From: an uncultured bacterium | GTDB taxonomy: Bacteria; Babelota; Babeliae; Babelales; JABCYS01 | DNA: 64,000 bases | NCBI GenBank assembly: GCA_963705705.1 | Contig: CAVPKK010000007.1 | Coordinates: 128,001-192,000 of the forward strand | Direction of reading: 5' to 3' | Shown here: piece by piece, positions 45,565 through 56,358 of the stretch | How the letters are laid out: each line of letters begins with the position of its first letter | Numbering within the stretch: position 1 is the stretch's first letter | Translations under genes and position numbers: made by a program | Notes under the pieces: model-generated | What the model saw: the letters and a program-made list of their open reading frames with translations, nothing else | Databases searched by the model: none | Told to the model about the DNA's origin: nothing

Positions 45565-47652
45565 ATGACTAAGCAACTCAAAAAATTTTTATATACGCTA
45601 CTAACTGCCCTTGCGGTCGGACCCCTTATGGCAACATCAGACTCGCCAAGCAGTTCATCGTCTTCAAGTTCATTGACTGCCAACATGTCGGATGCAGCAG
45701 AACCCACTCGTGCTAAGCGAAAAGCAGTTGGTCCCTCTTATGAAGAAGACGAAGCAGAAGAACGTAGTTTAATGCACGCGCAAAAGACATTAAGATCAAG
45801 TAACAGCCCGTTTGTTTTCTCTATGGCAGATGATTCTGGCCTACCTGAGCACGCTTCAAGTTCGGCTTTAAGAACCCATAATAGCTTAGCGGCTCCATTG
45901 TATACAAGTGCTCCAATTGCACCAATAATTCGAGCTGGAAATATACCTGCTTGGTTTTATGCCGGTCAACAATCGCTTCTTAAAATTACTTTTGAATACC
46001 TTAATTATGCAGATCTAACACTAGCCCGGCGTGTATCGAAAGCTTTTCACACCATGGCACCGCAAATAGTCATGCCGAGTGGCCAGCGCTGGGTGGCGTG
46101 GTGCATAGATAAAATGGAAAAGGGAAAAAATCAAACCCAGGCATTGAAAGAGATCATCTCCGCCACAGGACGCTGCCCAAATGCCCATGCAAATCTCAGA
46201 CAGATTGTAGAGGGGTATTTCCAACATGTACCGGCTGAATTACGATTTTGGGATTTAGACCCCAAGAATAAACCGGTAATTAATTCTGACAAAGATGAGT
46301 TGCGCACTAGTTTGGGCAAAATCATAGACCGCTTAACTTCACTCGAAGTGGAACATTACAAAGCTCGCGAAACAGTAAAACAGCAAGCCCCGCAATCAAC
46401 GGTAGAAAAAGATCTTGAAGCTCTCATAGAACAACAGGAAAAGGATATCGCACCTCTGAAGGGAGAAAGCCAAAGGATAATCGATCTTTTAGTTCCTGCC
46501 CTTAATGCGCTTTTTCCGTATGAATTAGCTAACACAATTTTATCCGAACTCGATATTGACACATTTCTTCCAGAGCACCTACCACTCATTCCTAAAAGTC
46601 TGGTTTTAAACAATTTAGGTATCTCTGCACTTGCCAAAAAAAGAAATATTATCAGAGGGTTCTCATCTTGTTTGGCAGCAGCATGTTTACCGTCCGTTCA
46701 TGCTTCATTGTTTGCGTTGAATAACAATATTATATGCCTAGATAAAGCACGACGCGAAGCATTGCAACATGTAGAAAAGCGTTTTAGATATAAACTGTCG
46801 GTACATGAGTTTGATCCAATAATTTCTCTTCATACAGACCTACTTGACCTTGAGTATTACCAGATAAAACTTGAACAATTACGTCTGGCATTGAAGAATG
46901 TTATTTTGAAGGATAGATCGATCCAAAGAAATACGATTGAACTTAACCTATGGGCGATGGAATCAGAGCATCGCAAATTTATTCACGATAGGATTGATAA
47001 ATATCTCGCTGCTCTAAAACGCCTAGAGCAAACTCAAAGAAGTGCCATAACTAATCATGTGTTAAAATTAATTAAAATGGTATTCGATGTTACACCTGAT
47101 ACAGAGGTGGAAGCTTGCAGGCTCTGTGTTAAAACGATTATCAATCTCTGGTCTGAATTTTTACAAAAAAACAGTACGTCGAACTATAAGTCTCGTGCGG
47201 CACATTTTGCTGCAAGAGCAGTAGCTTTGGCTGGCAATAGGTTAGAAGCAAACGATCTCAGGTTCGCCGCCATGCTGCACTTTACCGATGGAGCTTTCTC
47301 AGAAGCAGAACAATATTTTGATCATCTACTTGCTGAGTTTAAAGATAAAGTTAATTTTCTAGATTTTATACTTGCCGCTAGATCGTCAACGTTGATAGCT
47401 GCATGTAGCGATAATCATGCGGAAGCGGAACGACACTTGAATGTTGCTGCCGAAAAGTTCACTAATGCCATGGAAAAATTACATCTTGCATCTTGGACTG
47501 AAATAAAACGCAGCTCCCAAGAAATTGCTCTTTTAATATCTCACTTAGCAATTCAAGGCCCTCAATTGCGAGCTTTTGCGGATCAGATGCAAGAATATCT
47601 CACTATCATTGACGCAAAAATCGCGTCGGCAAGAGGACTAATAAGTCTATAA
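45565..47652 (+). CDS. Family B secreted F-box-like paralog B1
   Basis: Signal peptide, Ser tract, RAKRK, IPAWFY..LLKITFEYLNYADLTLARRVSKAFHTMA, GRCPN, LRFW, helical/TPR-like C-terminus. Confidence 0.8.
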   Translation: MTKQLKKFLYTLLTALAVGPLMATSDSPSSSSSSSSLTANMSDAAEPTRAKRKAVGPSYEEDEAEERSLMHAQKTLRSSNSPFVFSMADDSGLPEHASSSALRTHNSLAAPLYTSAPIAPIIRAGNIPAWFYAGQQSLLKITFEYLNYADLTLARRVSKAFHTMAPQIVMPSGQRWVAWCIDKMEKGKNQTQALKEIISATGRCPNAHANLRQIVEGYFQHVPAELRFWDLDPKNKPVINSDKDELRTSLGKIIDRLTSLEVEHYKARETVKQQAPQSTVEKDLEALIEQQEKDIAPLKGESQRIIDLLVPALNALFPYELANTILSELDIDTFLPEHLPLIPKSLVLNNLGISALAKKRNIIRGFSSCLAAACLPSVHASLFALNNNIICLDKARREALQHVEKRFRYKLSVHEFDPIISLHTDLLDLEYYQIKLEQLRLALKNVILKDRSIQRNTIELNLWAMESEHRKFIHDRIDKYLAALKRLEQTQRSAITNHVLKLIKMVFDVTPDTEVEACRLCVKTIINLWSEFLQKNSTSNYKSRAAHFAARAVALAGNRLEANDLRFAAMLHFTDGAFSEAEQYFDHLLAEFKDKVNFLDFILAARSSTLIAACSDNHAEAERHLNVAAEKFTNAMEKLHLASWTEIKRSSQEIALLISHLAIQGPQLRAFADQMQEYLTIIDAKIASARGLISL

Positions 47653-47708
47653 AACAATAATCTTTCAGATCAGGATGACAAAAAAGCACTACGAATGGAG
47701 CACAAGAG

Positions 47709-49871
47709 ATGAGCCAGCAATTCAAACTATTATTTTCACTACTACTAACTGCGCTTGCGGTCGCACCACTTATAGCGACATCCGACACACCAAGCAGCAG
47801 TAGCAGTTCATCATCTTCAAGTTCATTGACTGCCAACATGTCAGATGCAGCAGAATCGATCCGCACTAAGCGAAAAGCGGTTGGTTCTTTTTATGATGAA
47901 ACCGAAGCAGAAGAACGTATAATGCATGCGCAAAAGACATTAAGGTCAAGCAATAGCCCGTCTATTTTCTCAATGGCAGATGACCTATCTGAGCAAGCTC
48001 CAAGTTCAGCTTTGATAGCCCGTAATAGCCTAATGGCTCCATTATATTTACTAAGTGCTCCAATTGCTCCAATAAATCGAGCTGGAAATATACCTTCTTG
48101 GTTTTATGCCCACGAACACTCGCTCCTTAAATTTACCTTTGAATACCTTAATTATGCAGATTTGACTTTAGCTCGCCGCGTATCGAAAGCTTTTCATGCC
48201 ACGGCACCGCAAGTAATCATGCCAAGGGGTCAAAAATGGATAACGTGGTGTATAGACAGAATGAATAGGGCGAAAAATCCGGATTCTAGAGTACCGGCCT
48301 TGAAAGAAATTATCTCTGCCACAGGGCGATGCCCTAATGCCATGGTAAACCTCAGACAGATCGTGGAAGGCTATTTCGAACACGTACCGGGAAACCTACG
48401 GTTTTGGACTGGAGGCCGCAAGTATAGACAACTTGTTTCTGACAAAGATGAGTTGCGTAATGATTTGGGCAAAATCTTAGATCGCATAACACAGCTTGAA
48501 GCGGAACATCAAAAAGATCGCGAAACAGTAAAACAGCAATCCCCTAAATCAACTGTAGAAAAAGATCTTGCCGCTCTAATAGTGCTGCAGGAAAAGGCTC
48601 TTGCACCATTAAGGGAAGAAAAACAAAAGATAGTTGACCTTTTAGTTCCTGCCCTGAATGCGCTTTTTCCGTATGAATTAGCTAACACAATTTTAGATGA
48701 ACTTGATGTTACCCAAGGCCTGCCTGAACACCTGCCACTCGTACATAAAAGTCTACCCTTAGACTCCCTAAGCATTTCTGCGCTTGCCAAAAAAAGAAAT
48801 GTAACAAGAAATTCCGTATCTTGTTTGGCAGCAGCATGTTTACCATCTGCTCACGCTTCTTTGTTTGCGTTGACTAACGATATTATATGCCTAGACAAAC
48901 CACGCCGCGTTGCACAACACCACATGGAGAAGCGATTTAGAGATAAGGTGATTGTACATGAATTTGATCCGATAACCTGTCTTTATACCGATCTAGTTGA
49001 CACCAAGTATTACCAGATAAAAATTGAACAATTACGTGAGGCATTGAAAAACGTAATTTTGAAGGAAAGATCGATCCTCAAAAATGTGATTGAACTTAAT
49101 CTGGGAGCAATGGAATCAGATTATTATAAGTTTATTTGCGATAGGGTTGAAAAATATCTCGGCGCGCTAAAAAAGCCTGATCAATCTCAAAAAGACGCCA
49201 TATCGAACCATGTATTAGGATTAATTACTCTTACGCTCGACATTGCACATGACTCAGAATTGGATGCTTGCAGAAAGCGTGTTAGTACTGTTATCCATTT
49301 CTCATGGTATGAATTTTTTCAAAAATTAAATCGGTTAGACTACTGGGCACGTGCTGCACATTTCGCTGCAAGAGCAGTAGCTTTAGCTGGCAACAAACTA
49401 ACTGCAAACGACCTCAAGTTCGCGGCAATGCTGCATTTTAACGCCAATGCTTTCACGCAGGCGGCACAATATTATGATCAATTTTTTACTGAGTTTATGT
49501 CTGATGCCGAGTATTTCGATTTTATACGAGCCGGCAGATTTTCAGCGTACCTTGGTGAGCACGGTTTTAATGATGCGGAAGCAGAACGACACTACAAGGC
49601 CGCTACAGAAAAGTTAGTTAAAGCCGTAGAGAAATTGAATTCTGCACCTTTGCACCTTTTAAAAACCAGCTTCAAAGATATCGGCCATATAAGATTACCT
49701 CGCGTATCAATTCAGCGCCCACATGCGCAAGCCTTCGAGGCGCAGCTGCAAAAATGCCGCGCAGCAATTGCCGCAAAAATTGATGAGATTGAAAGGCCTG
49801 CGGCTTTGGCTGCTCAAGAATTGGAAAGAGAGGCGGCTTTGGCTGCTGAGGTTAACCAATTCTTGGTATAG
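47709..49871 (+). CDS. Family B secreted F-box-like paralog B2
   Basis: Same architecture; IPSWFY..LLKFTFEYLNYADLTLARRVSKAF. Confidence 0.8.
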   Translation: MSQQFKLLFSLLLTALAVAPLIATSDTPSSSSSSSSSSSLTANMSDAAESIRTKRKAVGSFYDETEAEERIMHAQKTLRSSNSPSIFSMADDLSEQAPSSALIARNSLMAPLYLLSAPIAPINRAGNIPSWFYAHEHSLLKFTFEYLNYADLTLARRVSKAFHATAPQVIMPRGQKWITWCIDRMNRAKNPDSRVPALKEIISATGRCPNAMVNLRQIVEGYFEHVPGNLRFWTGGRKYRQLVSDKDELRNDLGKILDRITQLEAEHQKDRETVKQQSPKSTVEKDLAALIVLQEKALAPLREEKQKIVDLLVPALNALFPYELANTILDELDVTQGLPEHLPLVHKSLPLDSLSISALAKKRNVTRNSVSCLAAACLPSAHASLFALTNDIICLDKPRRVAQHHMEKRFRDKVIVHEFDPITCLYTDLVDTKYYQIKIEQLREALKNVILKERSILKNVIELNLGAMESDYYKFICDRVEKYLGALKKPDQSQKDAISNHVLGLITLTLDIAHDSELDACRKRVSTVIHFSWYEFFQKLNRLDYWARAAHFAARAVALAGNKLTANDLKFAAMLHFNANAFTQAAQYYDQFFTEFMSDAEYFDFIRAGRFSAYLGEHGFNDAEAERHYKAATEKLVKAVEKLNSAPLHLLKTSFKDIGHIRLPRVSIQRPHAQAFEAQLQKCRAAIAAKIDEIERPAALAAQELEREAALAAEVNQFLV

Positions 49872-49930
49872 CAATGATCTTTCAGGTAACAAAATTGACA
49901 ATTAATAGCATCAAGAATGGACCAAAACAG

Positions 49931-52033
49931 ATGAACCAGCAATTCAAACTATTATTTTCCCTGTTAACTGCCCTTGCGGTTGCACCCCTTATTGCGACAT
50001 CCGACACACCTAGCAGTTCATCAAGTTCATCGACTGCCAATATGTCAGATACTGCAGAATCTACCCGTGCTAAGCGAAAAACAGTTGGTCCTTCTTATGA
50101 AGAAGATGAAGCAGAAGAGCGTAGTTTAATGCATGCCCAAAAATTATTACGATCAAGTAATAGCCCATCTAGTATGGCAGATAACTCTGGCAGGCCTGAG
50201 AATGCTTCAAGTTCAGCTTTGATAGCCAATAATGAAAGTAACCTTTCGGCTGATTTACATGGTCAATTAGGCGCGCCAATACCTGCTTGGTTTTACGTGA
50301 GCCCGTTTTTCAAAATAAGCTTTGAGCATCTTAATTATGCAGACTTAACTGTGGCTCGATCTGTATCGAAGGCTTTTCACGCGATGGCACCACAGGTACT
50401 TATGCCGACCGGTCAAGATTGGGTGACTCAGTTTACGAGAAGGTTCGCCCGGGCAAAAACTGCCACCGAAAAATATAATGCTTATAGGGATATTGTCTCA
50501 GCTGTTGGTCGCTGTCGCAATCCAAGCGTATCGCTGCAAAATATTATAAAAAATTATTACACGCAGGTACCGTATGAGTTGCGGTTTTGGTACGGGGAAA
50601 AGGACAAATTTCCTGTTGAAGCAAAAGATAATTTACGCGACGAGCTTGGTACTGTTTTAGATGAAATAGAAAAAGCAGAAGCTGAAAAGCAACGTAACTG
50701 CCAGGCACTACGCCAGCAAGCAAACCAAACAAATGCGGCTAGGGAGCTTGATGAATTCAATACGCGCTACGAAAAGATTTTACGACCATTAAAAGAAAAG
50801 CAAGCACGAAAAGTTGATGCATTAATGCCTTCTCTTCGCGTCCTTTGCCCGTATGCCACTGCCAGCATGATAGTACATGAGCTCAATGGCCAGCAACTCC
50901 TTCCCGATATCCTACCGTTGGTACATGAAAAGGATGAAGAACTAGATGCGCGGGCGCTATATATATTGGCAAAAAAATTAGTTGGCAACGAAAAATTAGT
51001 TGCTAAGGAATGCGTATCAGCACTTGCAGCTGCGTGCGTGCCATCGGTTCATGCATCTTTAGTTATACAGAAAGATCGGGCAGGCCTCGCGCAAAAAAAA
51101 GAATTAGAGTATCAGTTTATCAGGCCGATGCCCTTTGATGAACTTGATCCAGCCCGACGTCTTGATATGATTGGCGATGAACTAAAGCTTCAGGTGCGCC
51201 TAGTCAAATTAGAGCAGCTAAAACAAGCGCGCAACGATGTTATTTTAGATAAACGATCAATATCTAAGCGCGAGATTGAAAAAATATACTGGGATCAAAA
51301 GCGGGCTATCCAACGATTTCTATTCACTCGAATCAATGCGTATGTAAAAGAATTAGAGTTAGGGAAATTGCCCAACGAGATTACAACAGCCCACATTCAT
51401 ACATTCATTAAGACTCTTCTTACGCTCATTGATCCAAAGGAATCAGGATCCTACAAATTAATATCTGACGTATGCGGGCCTTGGCATAGTTTTATCGAAT
51501 CTCTAAATCCGGTTAATCGCGACGAAATTTGGCAAAAGATTGCTTATTTTGCAGATAAAGCTGTTGAATTATCCATTTCTAAAAATATATGGGAATTCGA
51601 GGCTGCTGCGATTGCTCATGTAAGAGCCAGAGATATTGGAAAGGCTGATCAATATTACGACCAACTGTTTGCTGAATTCGGTAATGCGGTGGATCCTTTG
51701 CAATACTTCACTGCAGGTCTGGTATCAACGGCGCTAGCTTCTAATTATCATAAAAACAATCAATTAGAAAAAGCAAATCAACACTGGAATACCGCAGCTA
51801 AAAGATTAAACCGCTCCATACATTTGATATCCCGTATTACATCTCTGAAAGCCTTACACGATGGGGTACAGATTTCAAGAAATATAAGCAAACTCATTTC
51901 TACTAAACAGGAAAACATTCATCCGCAAGTGCTAGCTAAGATACAAGAATGCCACGCAGCAATTGACGCAAAAAGTAATGAGTTAGAAAAGGCGGCCATT
52001 GAAGCTGCCAACAATAACAATAATGCAGGTTAA
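49931..52033 (+). CDS. Family B secreted F-box-like paralog B3
   Basis: Same architecture; IPAWFYVSPFFKISFEHLNYADLTVARSVSKAF; start moved to 49931 by paralog alignment. Confidence 0.8.
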   Translation: MNQQFKLLFSLLTALAVAPLIATSDTPSSSSSSSTANMSDTAESTRAKRKTVGPSYEEDEAEERSLMHAQKLLRSSNSPSSMADNSGRPENASSSALIANNESNLSADLHGQLGAPIPAWFYVSPFFKISFEHLNYADLTVARSVSKAFHAMAPQVLMPTGQDWVTQFTRRFARAKTATEKYNAYRDIVSAVGRCRNPSVSLQNIIKNYYTQVPYELRFWYGEKDKFPVEAKDNLRDELGTVLDEIEKAEAEKQRNCQALRQQANQTNAARELDEFNTRYEKILRPLKEKQARKVDALMPSLRVLCPYATASMIVHELNGQQLLPDILPLVHEKDEELDARALYILAKKLVGNEKLVAKECVSALAAACVPSVHASLVIQKDRAGLAQKKELEYQFIRPMPFDELDPARRLDMIGDELKLQVRLVKLEQLKQARNDVILDKRSISKREIEKIYWDQKRAIQRFLFTRINAYVKELELGKLPNEITTAHIHTFIKTLLTLIDPKESGSYKLISDVCGPWHSFIESLNPVNRDEIWQKIAYFADKAVELSISKNIWEFEAAAIAHVRARDIGKADQYYDQLFAEFGNAVDPLQYFTAGLVSTALASNYHKNNQLEKANQHWNTAAKRLNRSIHLISRITSLKALHDGVQISRNISKLISTKQENIHPQVLAKIQECHAAIDAKSNELEKAAIEAANNNNNAG

Positions 52034-52070
52034 AATGACAATTAATAGCATAAAGAATGAAACAAAACAG

Positions 52071-54182
52071 ATGAGCCAGCAAATCAAACTACTATTTTCA
52101 CTATTAACTGCCCTCGCGGTCTGTCCCCTTATTGGTAGATCAGACTCGCCAAGTAGTTCATCATCAAGTTCATTAACGGCCAATATGACAGACGCTGCTG
52201 AATCCGGTCGGACTAAGCGAAAACCATTTGGTGCCTATAATGGCAAAATAGAAGCAGAAGAGCATGATTCGATCCATGCGAAAAAATCATTAAGGTCATC
52301 TGTTTTTTCTACGGGAGACAATTCTAGCCGACCTGAAAAAGCTTCAACTGCAGTATTAATAATCGATAAGGAAAATAGCCCGCCATCTATCTTACATGGT
52401 TTGAACGCGCCAATACCCATTCCAGTAAATAAAGTTGTAAGCATACCTGCTTGGTATTATGCAAGCCCATTATTCAAACTTACCTTTGAACATCTTAATT
52501 ATGCAGACCTAACTGAAGCTCGAAGTGTGTCAAAAGCTTTTCATGCACTGGCGCCACAGGTGCTTATGCCAACCGGTCAACATTGGGTGACTCAGTTTAT
52601 TAAAAGATTCGCGCGTGCAAAAACTGCCACCGAAAAATTTAATGCTTATAGGGATGTTGTCTCCGCCGTTGGTCGCTGCCCTAATCCGATCGTAAAGATT
52701 GAAGAGATCGTGCATGACTATTACAGACGTGTACCAAATGAGTTGCAGTTTTGGGATGGCGAAGGGGATAAGATTCCTAATCTCGCAAAGGATATATTAC
52801 GCAACGAGCTTGGTGCTGTTTTAAATGAAATAAAAAAAGTGAAAGCTAAAAAGCAACGTACGTGCGCCGCACTAAAACAACAAGCACACCAAGCAGATGC
52901 GGCCAGGGAGCTCGATGAACTCAATGCGCGATATGGAAAAATTTTAGGACCATTAAAAACAAAGCAAGCACAGATAGTTGATGCATTAATGCCTTCCCTC
53001 CGCGCGCTTTGCCCCTATGCCACAGCCAGCATGATATTACATGGGCTTACCGGCAAGCAAATCCTTCCAGAGATGCTGCCATTAGTACATGAAAAGGATG
53101 AGGGATTAGATGCGCGAGGTTTGCAAGTAATGGCAAAAAAATTCGCGACCAAGGAATTGGTATCAGTACTTACAGCTTCATGCGTACCATCAGTTCATGA
53201 ATCTTTAGTTACACAGAAAGATCGGTCAGGTCGCGAATCAAGAGCTGCATTGGAACATCATTTTATACAGCCGACCGCTACAGAAAAACTTAATCCAGCT
53301 CGGTTGCCGCATCTGATTATTGATGATCAATTAGATATTCAAATGCGCTTAATAAGATTAGAGCAGCTAAACCAAGCGCGCAATGATATTATTTTGCACA
53401 AAAGATTTTTTCCTATACGCCTGATCGAAACGGCATACTGGCAGCAAAAGAATAGCACCCATCAGTTTCTAATTACGCGAATTAACTCATATATAAAAGG
53501 ATTAGAGTTACCAGAGAAACAACCAAATGATATTGTGACTGCTCACATTCTTAGACTCATCAGGACTCTCATTATTACCCTTGATCCACATGAGTTAGCA
53601 GACTGCAAATTGATATCTCGCGTGTGCGAAGGTTGGCATACTTTTCTCGATTCACGAAACCCGCTTGATCGCAACGAAATTTTGCAAGAGATTGCTTATC
53701 TTGCAGATAGAGCTCTTGATATAGGCAATGGTTCTGAATATGCCTACGATCTTGCAGCCGCCGAATTCGCGCATATAAAGCTCAACAATAATGAAAAGGC
53801 TGATCAATATTACGACCAACTGTTCACTGAATATAAATGCGAGGAAATTTTGGATTATTTAAATGCCAGTATTGTATCAGTAAAGTTAGCTGCTCATTAT
53901 AAAAATAATCAACCAGAGAAAGCAAAGCGGCACGGCAGTACAGCACTTAAAAGATTGAATCGGGCAATGGAATTAATGCCTCTTGTAAGCCATAGACTTT
54001 CTTCACCGGTGCAGTACTTCAAGAAATGCGCGGATATTATGGATCAGCTAAGCGAATTTTTGACTACTCATCAAGTAGGAGCTCTCGTTGTGAAAAAGGT
54101 ACATACGTGCCACGAAGTAATTAAAACCAAAATTCAACAATTCGGGTTCATAAGCTCAACCGTTGAAGGCGTCATACATTGA
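52071..54182 (+). CDS. Family B secreted F-box-like paralog B4
   Basis: Same architecture; IPAWYYASPLFKLTFEHLNYADLTEARSVSKAF; start moved to 52071. Confidence 0.8.
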   Translation: MSQQIKLLFSLLTALAVCPLIGRSDSPSSSSSSSLTANMTDAAESGRTKRKPFGAYNGKIEAEEHDSIHAKKSLRSSVFSTGDNSSRPEKASTAVLIIDKENSPPSILHGLNAPIPIPVNKVVSIPAWYYASPLFKLTFEHLNYADLTEARSVSKAFHALAPQVLMPTGQHWVTQFIKRFARAKTATEKFNAYRDVVSAVGRCPNPIVKIEEIVHDYYRRVPNELQFWDGEGDKIPNLAKDILRNELGAVLNEIKKVKAKKQRTCAALKQQAHQADAARELDELNARYGKILGPLKTKQAQIVDALMPSLRALCPYATASMILHGLTGKQILPEMLPLVHEKDEGLDARGLQVMAKKFATKELVSVLTASCVPSVHESLVTQKDRSGRESRAALEHHFIQPTATEKLNPARLPHLIIDDQLDIQMRLIRLEQLNQARNDIILHKRFFPIRLIETAYWQQKNSTHQFLITRINSYIKGLELPEKQPNDIVTAHILRLIRTLIITLDPHELADCKLISRVCEGWHTFLDSRNPLDRNEILQEIAYLADRALDIGNGSEYAYDLAAAEFAHIKLNNNEKADQYYDQLFTEYKCEEILDYLNASIVSVKLAAHYKNNQPEKAKRHGSTALKRLNRAMELMPLVSHRLSSPVQYFKKCADIMDQLSEFLTTHQVGALVVKKVHTCHEVIKTKIQQFGFISSTVEGVIH

Positions 54183-54211
54183 TCTGGCCTTTAACAAATG
54201 GAGGAATAAAC

Positions 54212-56326
54212 ATGAATTCAATTAAATTATATATTTTATTACTGACCATCTGGGCATGTCCCCTTATGGCGACATCCGACACGCCTAGCAGTTCATCATC
54301 AAGTTCATTAACTGCCCTCATGTCAGATACCGCAGAATCAAGCCGCATCAAGCGAAAAGCGATTGGCCCCTCTTATGAAGAAGTAGAAGCAGAGGAACGA
54401 AATTTAATACATGCGCAAAAGACATTACGATCAAATAACAGACCGTCTGCTTTTTCTGTGGCAGATGATTCTGACCCACTAGAGGCAGCTTCAAGTTCAA
54501 CTTTGATACCCAATTATGAAAATAGCCCGGCGTCTGCATTATATAGACCGAGTAGTTCGATCCTCGCTCCAATATCTCGAATTGGAAATATTCCTCCTTG
54601 GTTTTATGCCCATGAACAATCGCTCCTTAAATTCACCTTTGAATATCTTAACTTTGCAGATCTAACCCTAGCTCGCCGTGTGTCGAAGGCTTTTAATACC
54701 ATGGCACCGCAGGTAATCATGCCAACAGGTCAGCAATGGATTACATGGTGCACAGCAAAATTTGATAAAGCGAAAAATGAATCTTGCCAATTCCAGGCAA
54801 TAAAAGAGATTATCGCCGCCACCGGACGCTGCCCCAATGCCATCGCAAATCTCAGACAGATCGTGGCTGGATATTTCAAACAAGTACCAGCAAAATTACG
54901 ATTTTGGAATTCAGCTCGCAAGGGTAAAGCTGCGGCTCACAAAGATGCATTGCGCGCTGATTTGGGCAAAATCCTAGATCGCATAACAGAGCTTGAATCG
55001 GGACATCAAAAAGCTCGCGAAGCCGTAAAAATGCAAGCCCAGCAATCAACGGTAGAAAAAGATCTTGCCGCTCTAACAGTGTTGCAGGAAAAGGCCCTTG
55101 CACCATTGAAAGAAGAAAAACAAAAGATCATCGATCTTTTATTTCCTGCCCTTAATGCACTTTGGCCCTACGAATTAGCTAACACAATTTTAACGGAGCT
55201 TGATAAATCGGGTCTGCCTGAACATCTGCCAATCGTGCCTAAAAACCTTGAGTTAGGCAGCCTAGGCATCGCAGCAATTGCCAAAAAAAGAAAAATAATT
55301 AGAGAAAGCCTATCGTATTTGGCTGCGGCATGTTTACCATCTGTTCACGCTTCTTTATTTGCCTTGAATAACGATATTGTATGCCTAGACGAAGCACGCC
55401 GTGATGCTAAAGAGCATATAGAAAAACGCCTTAAGGAACCGGTGGTCGCACATGAATTTGATCTAGCAACCTCACTTTATAACGACCAGACTGACCTTAA
55501 ATATTACCAAATAAAAATTGAACAATTACGCCAGACCTTGAAGAATATTATTTTGAAGGAAAGATCGATCCCCAGAAATGTGATCGAACGCAACCTGACA
55601 TCAATGGAAGCCGATTACATTAACTTTATTCGCAATAGGATTGAGAAATATCTCACTGCTCTAAAAGAGCCAGACCAAACTAAAAAAGATGCAATATCTA
55701 ACCATATATTGACGTTAATTAATTGCGCGCTTCAACCAGATGAAGAGGCGGAATTAGATGCATGCATCAGCCGCGTTAATATGGTTATGAATTCCTGCTA
55801 TAATTTTTTGACAAAAAATAGTCATCCACGGTACTGGAAGCATGCTGCATATTTTGCGGCAAGAGTAATAGCTTTAGTTGGCTATCGCTCATTATCATCC
55901 CTCAGTAACGCAGCAATACTGCACTTTAACGCTGGCGCTTTCAAACAGGCAGTTCAATATTTTGATCTAATACTTAGGTTTAAGACCAATGTTAATTTTC
56001 TGGATTTTATACAAGCCGGCAGATTTTCAGTAACCCTTGCTCATCGATGTTCGAATGAAAAGGAAGCAGAACGGCACTTCAAGGCTGCTTCGGAAAAATT
56101 CGCAAATGCCATGGCGAAATTACCTACTGCGCATTATCACGAGCTAAAAAGCAGTTCCGAAGAACTCAATTTTCTTGATTTACCATGCTATCAAAGCCGA
56201 AAAATGCAAGCTCTAGCGGTTCAGATACAGGAATTACGCGCAGCAATTAATGCAAAAATTATTGAAATAGAAAAAAAGGCATCCGCAAAAGCCGCTGACA
56301 GCAATGATCATGCAGATAAAAAATGA
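54212..56326 (+). CDS. Family B secreted F-box-like paralog B5
   Basis: Same architecture; IPPWFY..LLKFTFEYLNFADLTLARRVSKAF; GGAGG SD before ATG 54212. Confidence 0.8.
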   Translation: MNSIKLYILLLTIWACPLMATSDTPSSSSSSSLTALMSDTAESSRIKRKAIGPSYEEVEAEERNLIHAQKTLRSNNRPSAFSVADDSDPLEAASSSTLIPNYENSPASALYRPSSSILAPISRIGNIPPWFYAHEQSLLKFTFEYLNFADLTLARRVSKAFNTMAPQVIMPTGQQWITWCTAKFDKAKNESCQFQAIKEIIAATGRCPNAIANLRQIVAGYFKQVPAKLRFWNSARKGKAAAHKDALRADLGKILDRITELESGHQKAREAVKMQAQQSTVEKDLAALTVLQEKALAPLKEEKQKIIDLLFPALNALWPYELANTILTELDKSGLPEHLPIVPKNLELGSLGIAAIAKKRKIIRESLSYLAAACLPSVHASLFALNNDIVCLDEARRDAKEHIEKRLKEPVVAHEFDLATSLYNDQTDLKYYQIKIEQLRQTLKNIILKERSIPRNVIERNLTSMEADYINFIRNRIEKYLTALKEPDQTKKDAISNHILTLINCALQPDEEAELDACISRVNMVMNSCYNFLTKNSHPRYWKHAAYFAARVIALVGYRSLSSLSNAAILHFNAGAFKQAVQYFDLILRFKTNVNFLDFIQAGRFSVTLAHRCSNEKEAERHFKAASEKFANAMAKLPTAHYHELKSSSEELNFLDLPCYQSRKMQALAVQIQELRAAINAKIIEIEKKASAKAADSNDHADKK

Positions 56327-56358
56327 CAATTAATAGCACCAAAAATGGAGCAAAAACA